A DNA stretch of 64,000 nucleotides from an uncultured virus (IMG/VR IMGVR_UViG_3300020469_000033) (IMGVR_UViG_3300020469_000033:1-64000), one strand, 5' to 3'. Shown: positions 28,401 to 38,043, counted from the first letter of the stretch. The notes: generated by a model not told the origin, from the sequence alone. Numbers and translations: made by a program.

Positions 28401-31400
28401 CATCATTTAGTGGTAGTGGTGCTAATTTATTTGATATTCCACAATCTGCACTTTCTGAAGATTCTCCAAGAATATCAAGTGGTTCAGCAACGGCATCTAT
28501 TTCTCCAAACTTAGGGTTTGTTGTAAATACATCAGCATCTTTTGATGGTGATATTGATGTAAGTGGAACTGTATCTGCATCTATTTTTAGTGGTAGTGGT
28601 GAATCTTTATTTAATATACCTCGTTCAGCAATTACAGATGAAGCATTTAGAATTGTAAGTGGTTCAGTAACTGCATCGGTTCATCCGACTAGAGGATTTG
28701 AAGTAAACTCAACTGGTAGATTTGAAGATGATGTAACTATTAGTGGTAGTGTATTTATTTCATCATCAAATCAAATAAAAGATAATTTAACAAAAATAGT
28801 TACTGTTGGTTCAACTGATGATGGTAACAAATATTTTATAGATGGACAAATACATCCAGATTTATATTTAGTAAGTGGTAGTACATATACATTTGACCAA
28901 TCAGATACATCAAATGAAACTCACCCATTAAAATTTTCTACAACATTAAATGGTATTCATTCTTCTGGAACTGAATATACTTCAAGTGTAACTACTGGTA
29001 GTATTGATGCTGGAAGTGCAGGTTCTCAAGTTAGTATATTAATAACATCAGAAACACCAACTCAACTTTACTACTATTGTTTGAATCATGGTGGTATGGC
29101 TGGGTCAGCTGTTATTAATGTTGTTAATGAATTCCCATACTTAGATTCACGAATTGAAGATAATCTAAGAATAGATGGAACATTAAATGTAACGGAATCA
29201 ATTACTACTCCAAAGATTATAGCTGATGAATTTAGTGGTTCGTTTAGTGGTAGTGGTAGAGATTTATTTGATATTCCATTATCGGCACTTTCCGAAGATG
29301 TAATTCAACGAAGTTTTATAGCTAGTGGTTCTTTTACCGCATCAATTGCACCTGATGAGGGATTTGTAGTAAATACATCTTCATCTCTTCAAGGTGATGT
29401 TGATATATTAGGTGATACTACTATAACTGGTTCTTTAGTAGTTTCATCATCTATTTTATTAGAAAATATACCAACAAGTCGTTCAGTAATAATATCAGAA
29501 AGTAGGTACTTTATAGATGGTGTTGGTAAAGCAACATTTAAAACTATTAAAGATAACCCTTATTATTTTGATTTATCAGATAGTTCTAATGCTGGATTTG
29601 ATTTCAAAATTTCAGAAAATTTAGATGGTACAAATTCTGACAGTGGTTCTCAATACTTTATTAATGTAGTTAGTAGTAGTGTAAATCCTGGTGCTAATGG
29701 AGCTTTCTTAACGATTACCCCATCAGCTAGTGCACCATCACAATTATATTATTACGCAGCACAATCAGAATCATATGGTAATGTATTTAATGTATTAGGT
29801 ACAACTCCAGAAGTAACAACTAACATTCTCAAAGGAGATGTAGATGTAACTGGTAGTTTTGATGTAAGTGAAAAAATAACAGCTAATAAAATAGAAGCTG
29901 ATGAAATTAGTGGTTCATTCTCTGGTTCATTTGTAGGGGATGGTTCTCAATTAACAAATGTACAAGCTGATTTATCACCTGTAATTGCTAGTGGTTCTGC
30001 TACGGCATCGGTTGAGAGTGGAGAATCGTTTGTAGTAACGGCAATAAGTGGTTCAGAATTTAAATCATCTTTAGATGTAAGTGGTAGTGTATCAATAGGA
30101 TTCTTAACTGGAAGTAAAAATTTATCAGTAACTGGTTCGGTTGATATTGCTGAATCTGTAAGTGCATCATTCTTTGTTGGTGATGGTTCTCAATTAACAA
30201 ATGTACAAGCAGCAGCTGCTCCTCTTATCTCAAGTGGTTCTGCTACGGCATCGGTTGCTAGTGGTGATACATTTGTAGTAACTGCACCAACTGGTGGAGC
30301 AGTATTCACTGGTTCAATTGTAACATCTGGTTCAATAACTGTTGGTGGTGGTGGAGTATTTACTGGTGATGGTAGTGGTTTAACAAATATTGATATTGCT
30401 AATTTATCACTAAACGTAACTCAGTTATCAAGTGGTTCAGCAACTGCATCTTTATCGGAAACTGAATTTAAAGTATTTAACGAAACCTCATCAATTGCAG
30501 TAGATTCATCATTTAGTGGTTCAGTTATTATTTCTGAATCTTTAGATGTTGGTGGTATTATTACTGGTGATGGTAGTGGGATTACAAACATTGATATTGC
30601 TAACTTAGCAATTGATTCATCAAAAATATTTACTGGTTCGGTAACTGCATCAGTTGACCCATTAGGTTTCTTTAGAGTTGAAAACTTAGATTCAAATATA
30701 AACTCAGGTTCAGTTAAAGTAGAAATTAGTGGTTCTCTACATGTTTCTCAATCAATAACAGCATCTTTATATAAAGGTGATGGTGGTGGATTATTTAATA
30801 TTCCATTAGATGCACTTGAAGATTTAGAATTAGATAGAATTGTATCTGGTGCTGCTGAAGCAAGAGTAGACCCTACTGCTGGTTTAATCGTAAATAAACC
30901 AATTAGTGGTACATTATTTACTGGTGATGGTGGGGGATTATTTAATATTCCTGCAGAAGCATTAGAAGATTTAGAATTAAATCTTATCATAAGTGGTGGT
31001 ATTAGTGCATCGGTTGATAATATAGAAGGGTTTAGGGTATTTTCTCCAACAAGTGGTTCTACTTTTATTGGTAATATAGAAATACCATCTGGAAGTGGAT
31101 TCTTTAGTGGTAGTGGTGAGGGATTATTTAATATTCCTGCTGATGCTATTGAAGGATTAGACCAAAGTAGAATACTTAGTGGTTCTGTAACCGCATCGGT
31201 TACTCCTGATGATGGATTCGTAGTTAGGTCAATAGATAGTGGTTCAACATTTTTCGGAGATGTAACCTTCCAAAACGATGTAAGTGCATCTAAGATAACT
31301 GTAACGGATGAAATATTCTCACCAAGAATTACATCATCATTCGTAGGTTCATACCAAGGTGAAAATGTTGGTATAGATGTACCTGATGATTTAGATATTT

Positions 31401-34400
31401 TAGTATTTGATGCAGATGCAAACAAATTTAGACCTGTAACACAATTTGGTGATACTGCTGTATTCCCATTCTCAGATGTAACTCAGGTAACATTCCAACA
31501 CAATTTCGCTATTGATTATCCAGTAGTTCAAATTTATGAAACTGGTTCAAATGGACAGATTATTCCACAAGCAATAGAATCAATCGATAGTTCATCGGTT
31601 AGAGTAACATTTAGTGGATTGACAAGTGGACAAGCAGTAATTGGTACTGGTGGTAGATTAGCAGGATTTGTACAAGGTAGTGATGTAGTAGGTTCAGTAT
31701 TATCAGCATCATATGCTAGAAACGCTGATTTAGCTCAAACTGCATCAAACTTATTTGGATTCGATTCGGCATCTCTTGCTGAGATTGCTAATTTAGATAA
31801 CTATATACAAAATGACCAAACGGCTTCAATGACTGTACTTTCAGCATCATATGCTGAAACTGCTTCATTCGCCGTAAACGCTGGTGATTTTAATACTGAT
31901 AACTTTGTAAGAACTGACCAAACGGCATCGATGACTGTACTTTCAGCATCATACGCTCTTTCAGCATCTTATGCTATAAACGCTGTATCTGCTGAAGATT
32001 ATGTAAGAAATGACCAAACGGCATCGATGACTGTACTTTCAGCATCTTATGCAGCAACTGCTTCATTCGCTTTAAATGCTGGTGATTTCTTAGGAGAAAA
32101 TTTCTTACCAAATACTGGTACTGGTTCATTTGTTGGAAGATTTGAAGTAAGTGGTAGTTTAGTATCATCTGGTAGTACACAATTTGTAGGATTACAAACT
32201 GGTAGTTCAGATACAGTTTTAGTTATTGATGAATCAACTGGAAAAGTTTTCAAAAGAGATGTAACTGCTGTAAGTGGTACATCTGGTACTGGTGGTACAT
32301 CGGGTTCTTCTGGTAGTAGTGGTACTACTGGAACGGCTGGTTCATCTGGTTCAAGTGGAACTTCTGGAACTGCTGGTACAAGTGGTAGTAGTGGAACTGC
32401 TGGAACAAGTGGTACTGCTGGTACTTCTGGTTCAAGTGGAACAGGTGGTAGTAGTGGGACAAGTGGTAGTAGTGGAACCGCTGGAACAAGTGGTAGTAGT
32501 GGAACTTCAGGTTCATCTGGTACTTCTGGTTCAAGTGGAAGTAGTGGTACTTCTGGTTCATCGGGTACTTCTGGAACAAGTGGAACGAGTGGTAGTAGTG
32601 GAACTTCAGGAACGTCTGGAACATCTGGTTCTTCCGGCTCAAGTGGTTCTTCTGGAAGTAGTGGTACATCTGGTACTGCTGGTACATCAGGTTCAACTGG
32701 TACATCTGGAACATCAGGTTCGTCTGGAACGAGTGGTACATCTGGTACTGCTGGTAGAGAAGGTGGAGCTTTGTTCATTGTTAGAACACCAGGTGGAAAC
32801 AATTATACAATAGATGGATATAGTGGAAACCAACCATCATTAACTCTTGTAAGGGGTGAATTATATTACTTTGATGTTTCAAATGTAAGTTCATCACATC
32901 CATTTGCATTAAGATTAGAATCTGGTGATAATACAACTGTGCCTGGTACAACAAATAATGATGCAGGAGCTGGAGTTCATAGTACTTCTACTTTAATAGA
33001 ATATAGAGTTCCTGAAAATGCTCCTAATAACATATATTACCAATGTAGTGTTCATGGTTCAATGCTTGGAACAATAAACATTGTTGATAAATACGGAACA
33101 TCAGGTACATCTGGTTCAAGTGGAACTTCAGGCTCATCTGGTACGGGAGGTTCTTCTGGAACATCAGGTTCATCTGGTTCAAGTGGTATAAGTGGAAGTA
33201 GTGGAACTTCGGGTACATCTGGTTCAAGCGGAAGTAGTGGTAGTGGAGGTACATCCGGTTCATCGGGTTCATCTGGTTCAAGTGGAAGTAGTGGTACAAG
33301 CGGAACAAGTGGAAGTTCTGGTACAAGTGGTACAAGCGGAAGTTCTGGTTCAAGTGGTTCTTCTGGAAGTAGTGGAACAAGCGGAAGTAGTGGAAGTAGT
33401 GGTACGAGTGGACAAGAAGGTTCTTCAGGTTCAGCTGGTACTTCTGGTTCATCGGGTACTTCTGGTTCTTCTGGTTCGACAGGTACTAATGGTACATCAG
33501 GTACTTCTGGAACAAGTGGAACAAGTGGAGCAGAAGGTTCATCAGGTTCGGCTGGTACATCTGGAACTTCAGGTACAAACGGAACATCAGGTTCATCTGG
33601 AACAAGTGGAAGTAGTGGTACAAGTGGTACTTCTGGAACAAGCGGAACAACTGGAACTTCTGGAACAAGTGGAACGTCTGGTAGTGGAGGTTCAGCAGGT
33701 ACATCGGGTACATCTGGAACTTCTGGAACAACTGGTTCTGAAGGAACTTCTGGTACATCTGGAACGAGTGGTAGTAGTGGAACAAGTGGTTCTGATGGAA
33801 CGAGTGGTAGTAGTGGAACTTCTGGTACATCTGGAACGAGTGGTAGTAGTGGGACAAGTGGTTCAGCAGGTACATCGGGTACATCTGGTTCTAATGGAAC
33901 AAGTGGTTCAGCTGGTACTTCTGGTACAACTGGTACATCAGGTACATCAGCTGAGGGAAGTAGTGGAACGGCTGGTACTTCTGGAACAAGCGGAACAACT
34001 GGAACTTCAGGTTCAGCAGGAACAAGTGGTACATCTGCTGAAGGAAGTAGTGGTACATCAGGTACATCTGGAACAAGTGGAAGTAGTGGTACAAGCGGAA
34101 CAAGTGGAACATCAGGTTCTTCTGGTACATCCGCAGAGGGAAGTAGTGGAACAAGTGGAACTTCTGGAACAACTGGAACAAGCGGAACAACTGGAACAAG
34201 TGGTAGTTCTGGTACATCAGCTGAAGGGAGTAGTGGAACATCAGGTACATCAGGTACAAATGGTACTAGCGGAAGTAGTGGGACAAGTGGTTCGGCAGGT
34301 TCGTCTGGTACAAGTGGAACTTCAGGTTCTTCTGGTGTAGATGGAACATTCTTCGGTTCATCTGGTTCAAGTGGAACCGCAGGTTCATCGGGTACTTCTG

Positions 34401-36253
34401 GATTAGGAAGTGATGGTACATCTGGAACAACTGGATTAGATGGAACGTTCTTTGGAAGTAGTGGTACTTCTGGAACATCTGGAACCAGCGGTAGTAGTGG
34501 CTCATCTGGTACTGCTGGCTCTTCAGGTACAACTGGTACATCGGGTATTGATGGAGAAAATGGAGCTAATGGTACAAATGGTACTTCGGGTTCATCTGGA
34601 CAAGATGGAACTAACTTTGGTACTGCTGGAACTTCTGGAACGAGTGGTACAACTGGAACATCAGGTTCTTCTGGTACAACTGGAACTTCAGGTTCTTCTG
34701 GTTTAGATGGAACTAATTTTGGTACGGCTGGTACTTCTGGTACGAGTGGAGCAGGTACATCTGGTACAAGCGGTGAGAGTGGTAGTAGTGGGACAAGTGG
34801 TACAACTGGTACATCAGGTGTTGATGGAACATTCTTCGGTTCATCAGGTACGGCTGGTACTTCTGGTACTTCTGGTGCTGGAACATCAGGTAGTAGTGGG
34901 GTAAGTGGAACGAGTGGAACAAGCGGACAAGATGGAACATTCTTTGGTTCAGCTGGTTCATCTGGAACAACTGGTACTGGTGGTTCATCTGGCTCATCTG
35001 GTACTTCATCAACTGCTGGTACATCGGGTACAACTGGTACTTCAGGTTCTTCTGGACAAGATGGAACATTCTTTGGAAGTAGTGGTACACATGGTACTTC
35101 GGGAACTTCAGGTTCAACAGGTACCGCTGGTACTGCTGGTACTGGAGGTTCATCAGGTACTTCTGGAACAACTGGTACAAGTGGTATTGATGGAACTTTC
35201 TTTGGTTCATCTGGTTCTTCTGGTACGCGTGGTACGAGTGGAGAAAGTGGAACATCTGGTGTAAGTGGAACTGCTGGTTCATCAGGTACTTCTGGACAAG
35301 ATGGTACTTTATTCGGAAGTAGTGGTTCAAGCGGTACAAGTGGAATAAGTGGTTCTTCTGGTACGAGTGGAGAAAGTGGTTCAGCTGGAACATCAGGTAC
35401 TTCTGGACAAGATGGTACTTTATTTGGAAGTAGTGGTAGTAGTGGTACGAGAGGTACTGCGGGTTCATCGGGTTCGTCTGGTACTGCATCAACGGCTGGT
35501 TCATCTGGAACGGCTGGTACATCTGGTACAAGTGGTTTAGATGGTACTTTATTCGGAAGTAGTGGTAGTAGTGGAACAGGTGGAACTTCTGGTTCTTCGG
35601 GTACATCGGGTATAACTGGAGAGGGTGGTTCATCAGGTTCGTCTGGTACTGCTGGTACATCTGGTTTAGATGGTACTTTATTTGGAAGTAGTGGTACGAG
35701 TGGTACAAGTGGAACTTCTGGTTCATCAGGTGAAACTGGTTCTTCGGGCTCATCTGGTACATCTGGTTCAAGTGGATTATTAAATGTAGATAATGATGCA
35801 GAAGATAGAGTTGTTACTATGGAAGGTGATGGAACTGCAAATGCAGAAGCTAATTTAACATTCAATGGTAATTTATTAGATGTAACTGGTGATTTAGATG
35901 TAAGTGATGCTACATTCTCTACAAGATTCCACGAAAACTACTACGATATAGGTAATTCAAGTGGAACAACAAATATAGATTTAACTGAAGGTAACAACTT
36001 TAGAATCAATAGAACTGGTAGTATAACAATTTCTCTTTCAAACGCACCAACAGGCCCTCGTGCAATTGGATTTACATTGGTGTTGGAAGATGGAAGTGGT
36101 GGTACTGCAACTGTAAGTTGGCCTGGTATAATACAATGGGCTAATGGAGCAGCACCAACACTAACAGCAAATGGAAAAGATATATTAGTATTCTATACTT
36201 ATGATGGGGGGAGTACATATTATGGATTCCTAAGTGCAAACAATGTAAGTTAA
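25496..36253 (+). CDS. Giant fibre protein (3585 aa): ~21 G(S/D)G..L.(N/D)I repeats, cupredoxin-like domains, ~1050-aa Gly-X-Y tract, C-terminal fibre-tip/adaptor domain
   Basis: Single ORF; repeats visible in the translation; C-terminus IDL..GN.F...FTL.L......V.WP....W..G.AP.L.....DIL.F...DGG...YG resembles phage fibre termini. Confidence 0.85.
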   Translation: MSQLLSGKVKVIRPSDVSENRYEYLRLNEAEPNLGVPESGSLSSGSIALVASDADGNRLFVTTLQLEQVTGSFSGSFSGDGSELNNLPEAVRLLSGSASASISPNTGFLVNVSSSFDGDVDVDGDVRVTGDLIVDNRIVARELIVEIISSSVIFSSGSNIFGDELTDKQEFTGSVGITGSLEINGDTNVTGGFSVEGTSSLSDTIIVGITELSGSTFASGTIELNSGSFFSGSGEGLFNIPKSALAPDALVTPIIATGSVSASVDDSGFFRVFGSSSVTTELSGSLLVSGNIELNSGSSFSGSGENLFNIPRTALTDDAFDSSRIVTGSVTASLDPSGVFKVESTGSVKSEFSGSIFVSGAVQLNSGSIFSGSGANLFDIPRSALTEDALETNLIISGSVTASVSPDTGFVVNSLDSGSTFTGSIFLSSGSFISGSGEKLFNVPLAALSDDAQDAVEAVLAFEAGLLATGSVTASVSDADGFVVKSEASGSTFSGSLRLSSGSIFSGSGAELFDIPKSALTEDALITNNIRSGSVTASVSPNFGLVVESELSGSTFTGSVFLSSGSFFSGSGEQLFNIPRTALTDDALISNLISTGSVTASVSTDGFFRVQSTASVTTELSGSVFVSGAVQLNSGSKYSGSGEDLFDIPFSALSNDAQESIEALVSREAVFIGTGSVTASTDDNVFRVTSIDSGSIFSGSVQLSSGSVFSGSGAELFDIPKSALVEDALISNLITTGSVTASVLPDGTFKVFGTGSVKSEFSGSVSITETLDVPKIIADEITGSFSGSFSGDGSDLNNIPQSALSEDAVRIASGSATASISPNLGFVVNTSASIQGDLTIDNDLTVVGRITANEIFTDFISSSIIYSSGSNIFGDNTGSDKQTLFGDTSIFGNLTSSKFISSSGFVGDGSGLFNIPQSALSEDAPLISSGSVTASVSPNFGFVVKSVESGSIFSGSLFVSGNVQLDVSSSFSGSGANLFDIPQSALSEDSPRISSGSATASISPNLGFVVNTSASFDGDIDVSGTVSASIFSGSGESLFNIPRSAITDEAFRIVSGSVTASVHPTRGFEVNSTGRFEDDVTISGSVFISSSNQIKDNLTKIVTVGSTDDGNKYFIDGQIHPDLYLVSGSTYTFDQSDTSNETHPLKFSTTLNGIHSSGTEYTSSVTTGSIDAGSAGSQVSILITSETPTQLYYYCLNHGGMAGSAVINVVNEFPYLDSRIEDNLRIDGTLNVTESITTPKIIADEFSGSFSGSGRDLFDIPLSALSEDVIQRSFIASGSFTASIAPDEGFVVNTSSSLQGDVDILGDTTITGSLVVSSSILLENIPTSRSVIISESRYFIDGVGKATFKTIKDNPYYFDLSDSSNAGFDFKISENLDGTNSDSGSQYFINVVSSSVNPGANGAFLTITPSASAPSQLYYYAAQSESYGNVFNVLGTTPEVTTNILKGDVDVTGSFDVSEKITANKIEADEISGSFSGSFVGDGSQLTNVQADLSPVIASGSATASVESGESFVVTAISGSEFKSSLDVSGSVSIGFLTGSKNLSVTGSVDIAESVSASFFVGDGSQLTNVQAAAAPLISSGSATASVASGDTFVVTAPTGGAVFTGSIVTSGSITVGGGGVFTGDGSGLTNIDIANLSLNVTQLSSGSATASLSETEFKVFNETSSIAVDSSFSGSVIISESLDVGGIITGDGSGITNIDIANLAIDSSKIFTGSVTASVDPLGFFRVENLDSNINSGSVKVEISGSLHVSQSITASLYKGDGGGLFNIPLDALEDLELDRIVSGAAEARVDPTAGLIVNKPISGTLFTGDGGGLFNIPAEALEDLELNLIISGGISASVDNIEGFRVFSPTSGSTFIGNIEIPSGSGFFSGSGEGLFNIPADAIEGLDQSRILSGSVTASVTPDDGFVVRSIDSGSTFFGDVTFQNDVSASKITVTDEIFSPRITSSFVGSYQGENVGIDVPDDLDILVFDADANKFRPVTQFGDTAVFPFSDVTQVTFQHNFAIDYPVVQIYETGSNGQIIPQAIESIDSSSVRVTFSGLTSGQAVIGTGGRLAGFVQGSDVVGSVLSASYARNADLAQTASNLFGFDSASLAEIANLDNYIQNDQTASMTVLSASYAETASFAVNAGDFNTDNFVRTDQTASMTVLSASYALSASYAINAVSAEDYVRNDQTASMTVLSASYAATASFALNAGDFLGENFLPNTGTGSFVGRFEVSGSLVSSGSTQFVGLQTGSSDTVLVIDESTGKVFKRDVTAVSGTSGTGGTSGSSGSSGTTGTAGSSGSSGTSGTAGTSGSSGTAGTSGTAGTSGSSGTGGSSGTSGSSGTAGTSGSSGTSGSSGTSGSSGSSGTSGSSGTSGTSGTSGSSGTSGTSGTSGSSGSSGSSGSSGTSGTAGTSGSTGTSGTSGSSGTSGTSGTAGREGGALFIVRTPGGNNYTIDGYSGNQPSLTLVRGELYYFDVSNVSSSHPFALRLESGDNTTVPGTTNNDAGAGVHSTSTLIEYRVPENAPNNIYYQCSVHGSMLGTINIVDKYGTSGTSGSSGTSGSSGTGGSSGTSGSSGSSGISGSSGTSGTSGSSGSSGSGGTSGSSGSSGSSGSSGTSGTSGSSGTSGTSGSSGSSGSSGSSGTSGSSGSSGTSGQEGSSGSAGTSGSSGTSGSSGSTGTNGTSGTSGTSGTSGAEGSSGSAGTSGTSGTNGTSGSSGTSGSSGTSGTSGTSGTTGTSGTSGTSGSGGSAGTSGTSGTSGTTGSEGTSGTSGTSGSSGTSGSDGTSGSSGTSGTSGTSGSSGTSGSAGTSGTSGSNGTSGSAGTSGTTGTSGTSAEGSSGTAGTSGTSGTTGTSGSAGTSGTSAEGSSGTSGTSGTSGSSGTSGTSGTSGSSGTSAEGSSGTSGTSGTTGTSGTTGTSGSSGTSAEGSSGTSGTSGTNGTSGSSGTSGSAGSSGTSGTSGSSGVDGTFFGSSGSSGTAGSSGTSGLGSDGTSGTTGLDGTFFGSSGTSGTSGTSGSSGSSGTAGSSGTTGTSGIDGENGANGTNGTSGSSGQDGTNFGTAGTSGTSGTTGTSGSSGTTGTSGSSGLDGTNFGTAGTSGTSGAGTSGTSGESGSSGTSGTTGTSGVDGTFFGSSGTAGTSGTSGAGTSGSSGVSGTSGTSGQDGTFFGSAGSSGTTGTGGSSGSSGTSSTAGTSGTTGTSGSSGQDGTFFGSSGTHGTSGTSGSTGTAGTAGTGGSSGTSGTTGTSGIDGTFFGSSGSSGTRGTSGESGTSGVSGTAGSSGTSGQDGTLFGSSGSSGTSGISGSSGTSGESGSAGTSGTSGQDGTLFGSSGSSGTRGTAGSSGSSGTASTAGSSGTAGTSGTSGLDGTLFGSSGSSGTGGTSGSSGTSGITGEGGSSGSSGTAGTSGLDGTLFGSSGTSGTSGTSGSSGETGSSGSSGTSGSSGLLNVDNDAEDRVVTMEGDGTANAEANLTFNGNLLDVTGDLDVSDATFSTRFHENYYDIGNSSGTTNIDLTEGNNFRINRTGSITISLSNAPTGPRAIGFTLVLEDGSGGTATVSWPGIIQWANGAAPTLTANGKDILVFYTYDGGSTYYGFLSANNVS
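32273..35777 (+). repeat. Gly-X-Y (GTS/GSS/GTA) low-complexity coding repeat, interrupted at about 32760-33094 by a globular domain
   Basis: Gly at every third residue; 9-nt periodic DNA with mixed synonymous codons. Confidence 0.95.
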
Positions 36254-36262
36254 TGAATAGTT

Positions 36263-37189
36263 ATGAGTATAGCAAGACGTTTAATTTCAATAGAAGCAGG
36301 ACAAGTGAGACCTTTTAAATTTACAATACAAACTGGAGGAGCAAATACACAATTTGAGTTGCCCCTAACTTCACCTGGTGGAAAACAACCTAATATAGTT
36401 GTTGACTGGGGTGATAGTAGTGGTACAACTACAATATTACAAACTCTTGATTCTGGTAGATTCCATACATATTCAACTGCTGGTACTTATCAAATTATAA
36501 TTAGTGGATATTGTCCAGGTTTTAATGTGAATAACAATTCATCATATAAAGGATTATATCGTTCAGTTGATGATTGGGGAGGTATTGATTTTGAACAAAT
36601 TGACTTTTTTGGATGTATTAATTTAACAACAATCCCATCAGATGTTTCTAATAATGCAACCTTAAACGAAGGATTAAATACTGTACTTAGATTTAACTCT
36701 ACATTTAGACAAACTGGAATAACAATAATTCCAAATGGTTTATTTGATTTTTCATCAAATGTTACTTCTTTTGTTAATACATTCGTATTTTGTACTGGAA
36801 TTTCATCGATACCAAGTGGATTATTTGATAATAATACAAATGTAACATCTTTTTCTGGTACATTCAATGCATGTTTAACTTTAACATCAATACCAAGTGG
36901 ATTATTTGATAACAATACACAAGTTGTAAACTTTGAATCAGTATTTAGGAATTGTAGGTCAATAACCGCAATTCCATCAAACTTTTTTAGTAACAACCAA
37001 TCGGTTACAACATTCTCTAATGCATTTAATATGGCAACAACAGCTAACTCATTAGGTGGAGCAACTCCAACTGATACACCAAGTGGTGATGAAATTTTTG
37101 AAAGAACTCCAACACCTATTGGTACTGATTGTTTTGCATTTTGTAGTGGTTTAACTAATTTTGGTTCGATACCAGCAACATTTAAATAA
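36263..37189 (+). CDS. BspA/DUF285-like leucine-rich-repeat protein with N-terminal PKD-like domain; candidate adhesin
   Basis: VDWGD...H.Y...G.Y.I.I.G motif, then ~25-aa repeats IPSGLFDNNT.VTSF..TF..C; directly follows the fibre gene. Confidence 0.7.
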   Translation: MSIARRLISIEAGQVRPFKFTIQTGGANTQFELPLTSPGGKQPNIVVDWGDSSGTTTILQTLDSGRFHTYSTAGTYQIIISGYCPGFNVNNNSSYKGLYRSVDDWGGIDFEQIDFFGCINLTTIPSDVSNNATLNEGLNTVLRFNSTFRQTGITIIPNGLFDFSSNVTSFVNTFVFCTGISSIPSGLFDNNTNVTSFSGTFNACLTLTSIPSGLFDNNTQVVNFESVFRNCRSITAIPSNFFSNNQSVTTFSNAFNMATTANSLGGATPTDTPSGDEIFERTPTPIGTDCFAFCSGLTNFGSIPATFK

Positions 37190-37195
37190 AATATT

Positions 37196-37654
37196 ATGTA
37201 TCTAAAAGTATCAGGTTCAACTATAACATATCCATATTCGGTTCAAAATTTAAAAATTGATAATCAGAATACAAGTTTTCCAACAATTATCACAGATAGT
37301 TTATTGGAAACTTTTGGTGTATATAATGTTGAATTAAAAGATAGTGGTTATGACGATGATTACACTAAAGATGTAGTAGAAGTAACTCCAACTTTATCTG
37401 GTTCAGTATATGTACAAACATATGAAATATCAGATGCAGATGAAGCTACAATAAATACAAGAAAAGAAATAAAGTGGTCTGATATAAGAGATAGTAGAAA
37501 TACATTATTGAGTAATTCTGATTGGACTCAATTTCAAGATTCACCAATCACAGGTTCTCAACTAACTGATTGGCAAAATTATAGACAATCTTTAAGAGAT
37601 GTAACAACACAATCAGACCCTTATAATATTGTATGGCCTACAAAGCCATCTTAA
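37196..37654 (+). CDS. Tail fibre assembly chaperone (Phage_tail_APC-like)
   Basis: W..IR..RN.LL..SDWTQ..D.......W..YRQ.LRD.....P....WP..P signature. Confidence 0.85.
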   Translation: MYLKVSGSTITYPYSVQNLKIDNQNTSFPTIITDSLLETFGVYNVELKDSGYDDDYTKDVVEVTPTLSGSVYVQTYEISDADEATINTRKEIKWSDIRDSRNTLLSNSDWTQFQDSPITGSQLTDWQNYRQSLRDVTTQSDPYNIVWPTKPS

Positions 37655-37675
37655 AAGGTAAAAGATATTTATTTG

Positions 37676-37684
37676 ATATTTATA
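37676..37684 (+). promoter_or_regulatory. Putative late promoter motif ATATTTATA
   Basis: Intergenic before 37707; variant ATATTTATT at 37665-37673. Confidence 0.55.
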
Positions 37685-37706
37685 TCAAAGAAAACGATAA
37701 TTATCA

Positions 37707-38039
37707 ATGAGAATAGACCAACCTAGTTTTTCCGGTTCGATTACACAAGCTCCTTCGGCATACGCTGATTTGAGTGGTTCATTCACTGGTTCATTTACAG
37801 GTTCACTTAGTGGTTCATTTATTGGTGATATTACAGTTGAGCAGGCTGAATTTAGTAATTTAACTGTAAAACAAACATTAAACGTTGGTACGGAAAATAC
37901 TGATGGTGGTGTAAATATTATTAATAGTGGTTCAGTTCAAGTAAGTGGTTCAATAAATGTAACAAATGGAAACGCATTTACAGTTGAAGGTGTAGATGTA
38001 TTAGATTCTGCGTTGGCATTTTCAATAGCATTAGGATAA
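37707..38039 (+). CDS. Small Ser/Gly-rich structural protein ending ALAFSIALG
   Basis: Many SGS/TGS motifs; C-terminus resembles that of the 5931-aa protein. Confidence 0.65.
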   Translation: MRIDQPSFSGSITQAPSAYADLSGSFTGSFTGSLSGSFIGDITVEQAEFSNLTVKQTLNVGTENTDGGVNIINSGSVQVSGSINVTNGNAFTVEGVDVLDSALAFSIALG

Positions 38040-38043
38040 AGAT

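Noticed and set aside
34338..35690. DGT motifs as Bacteroidota O-glycosylation sequons
   Set aside because: The known sequon is D-(S/T)-(A/L/V/I/M/T); D-G-T does not fit.
32047..35865. Long minus-strand ORFs (937 aa PEVP/PDVP-rich, 251 aa, 352 aa) and alternative plus-frame VLLV/QVEV ORFs
   Set aside because: Shadow frames of the Gly-Ser-Thr repeat, whose codons lack stops in other frames; no initiation signals and opposite to the operon.
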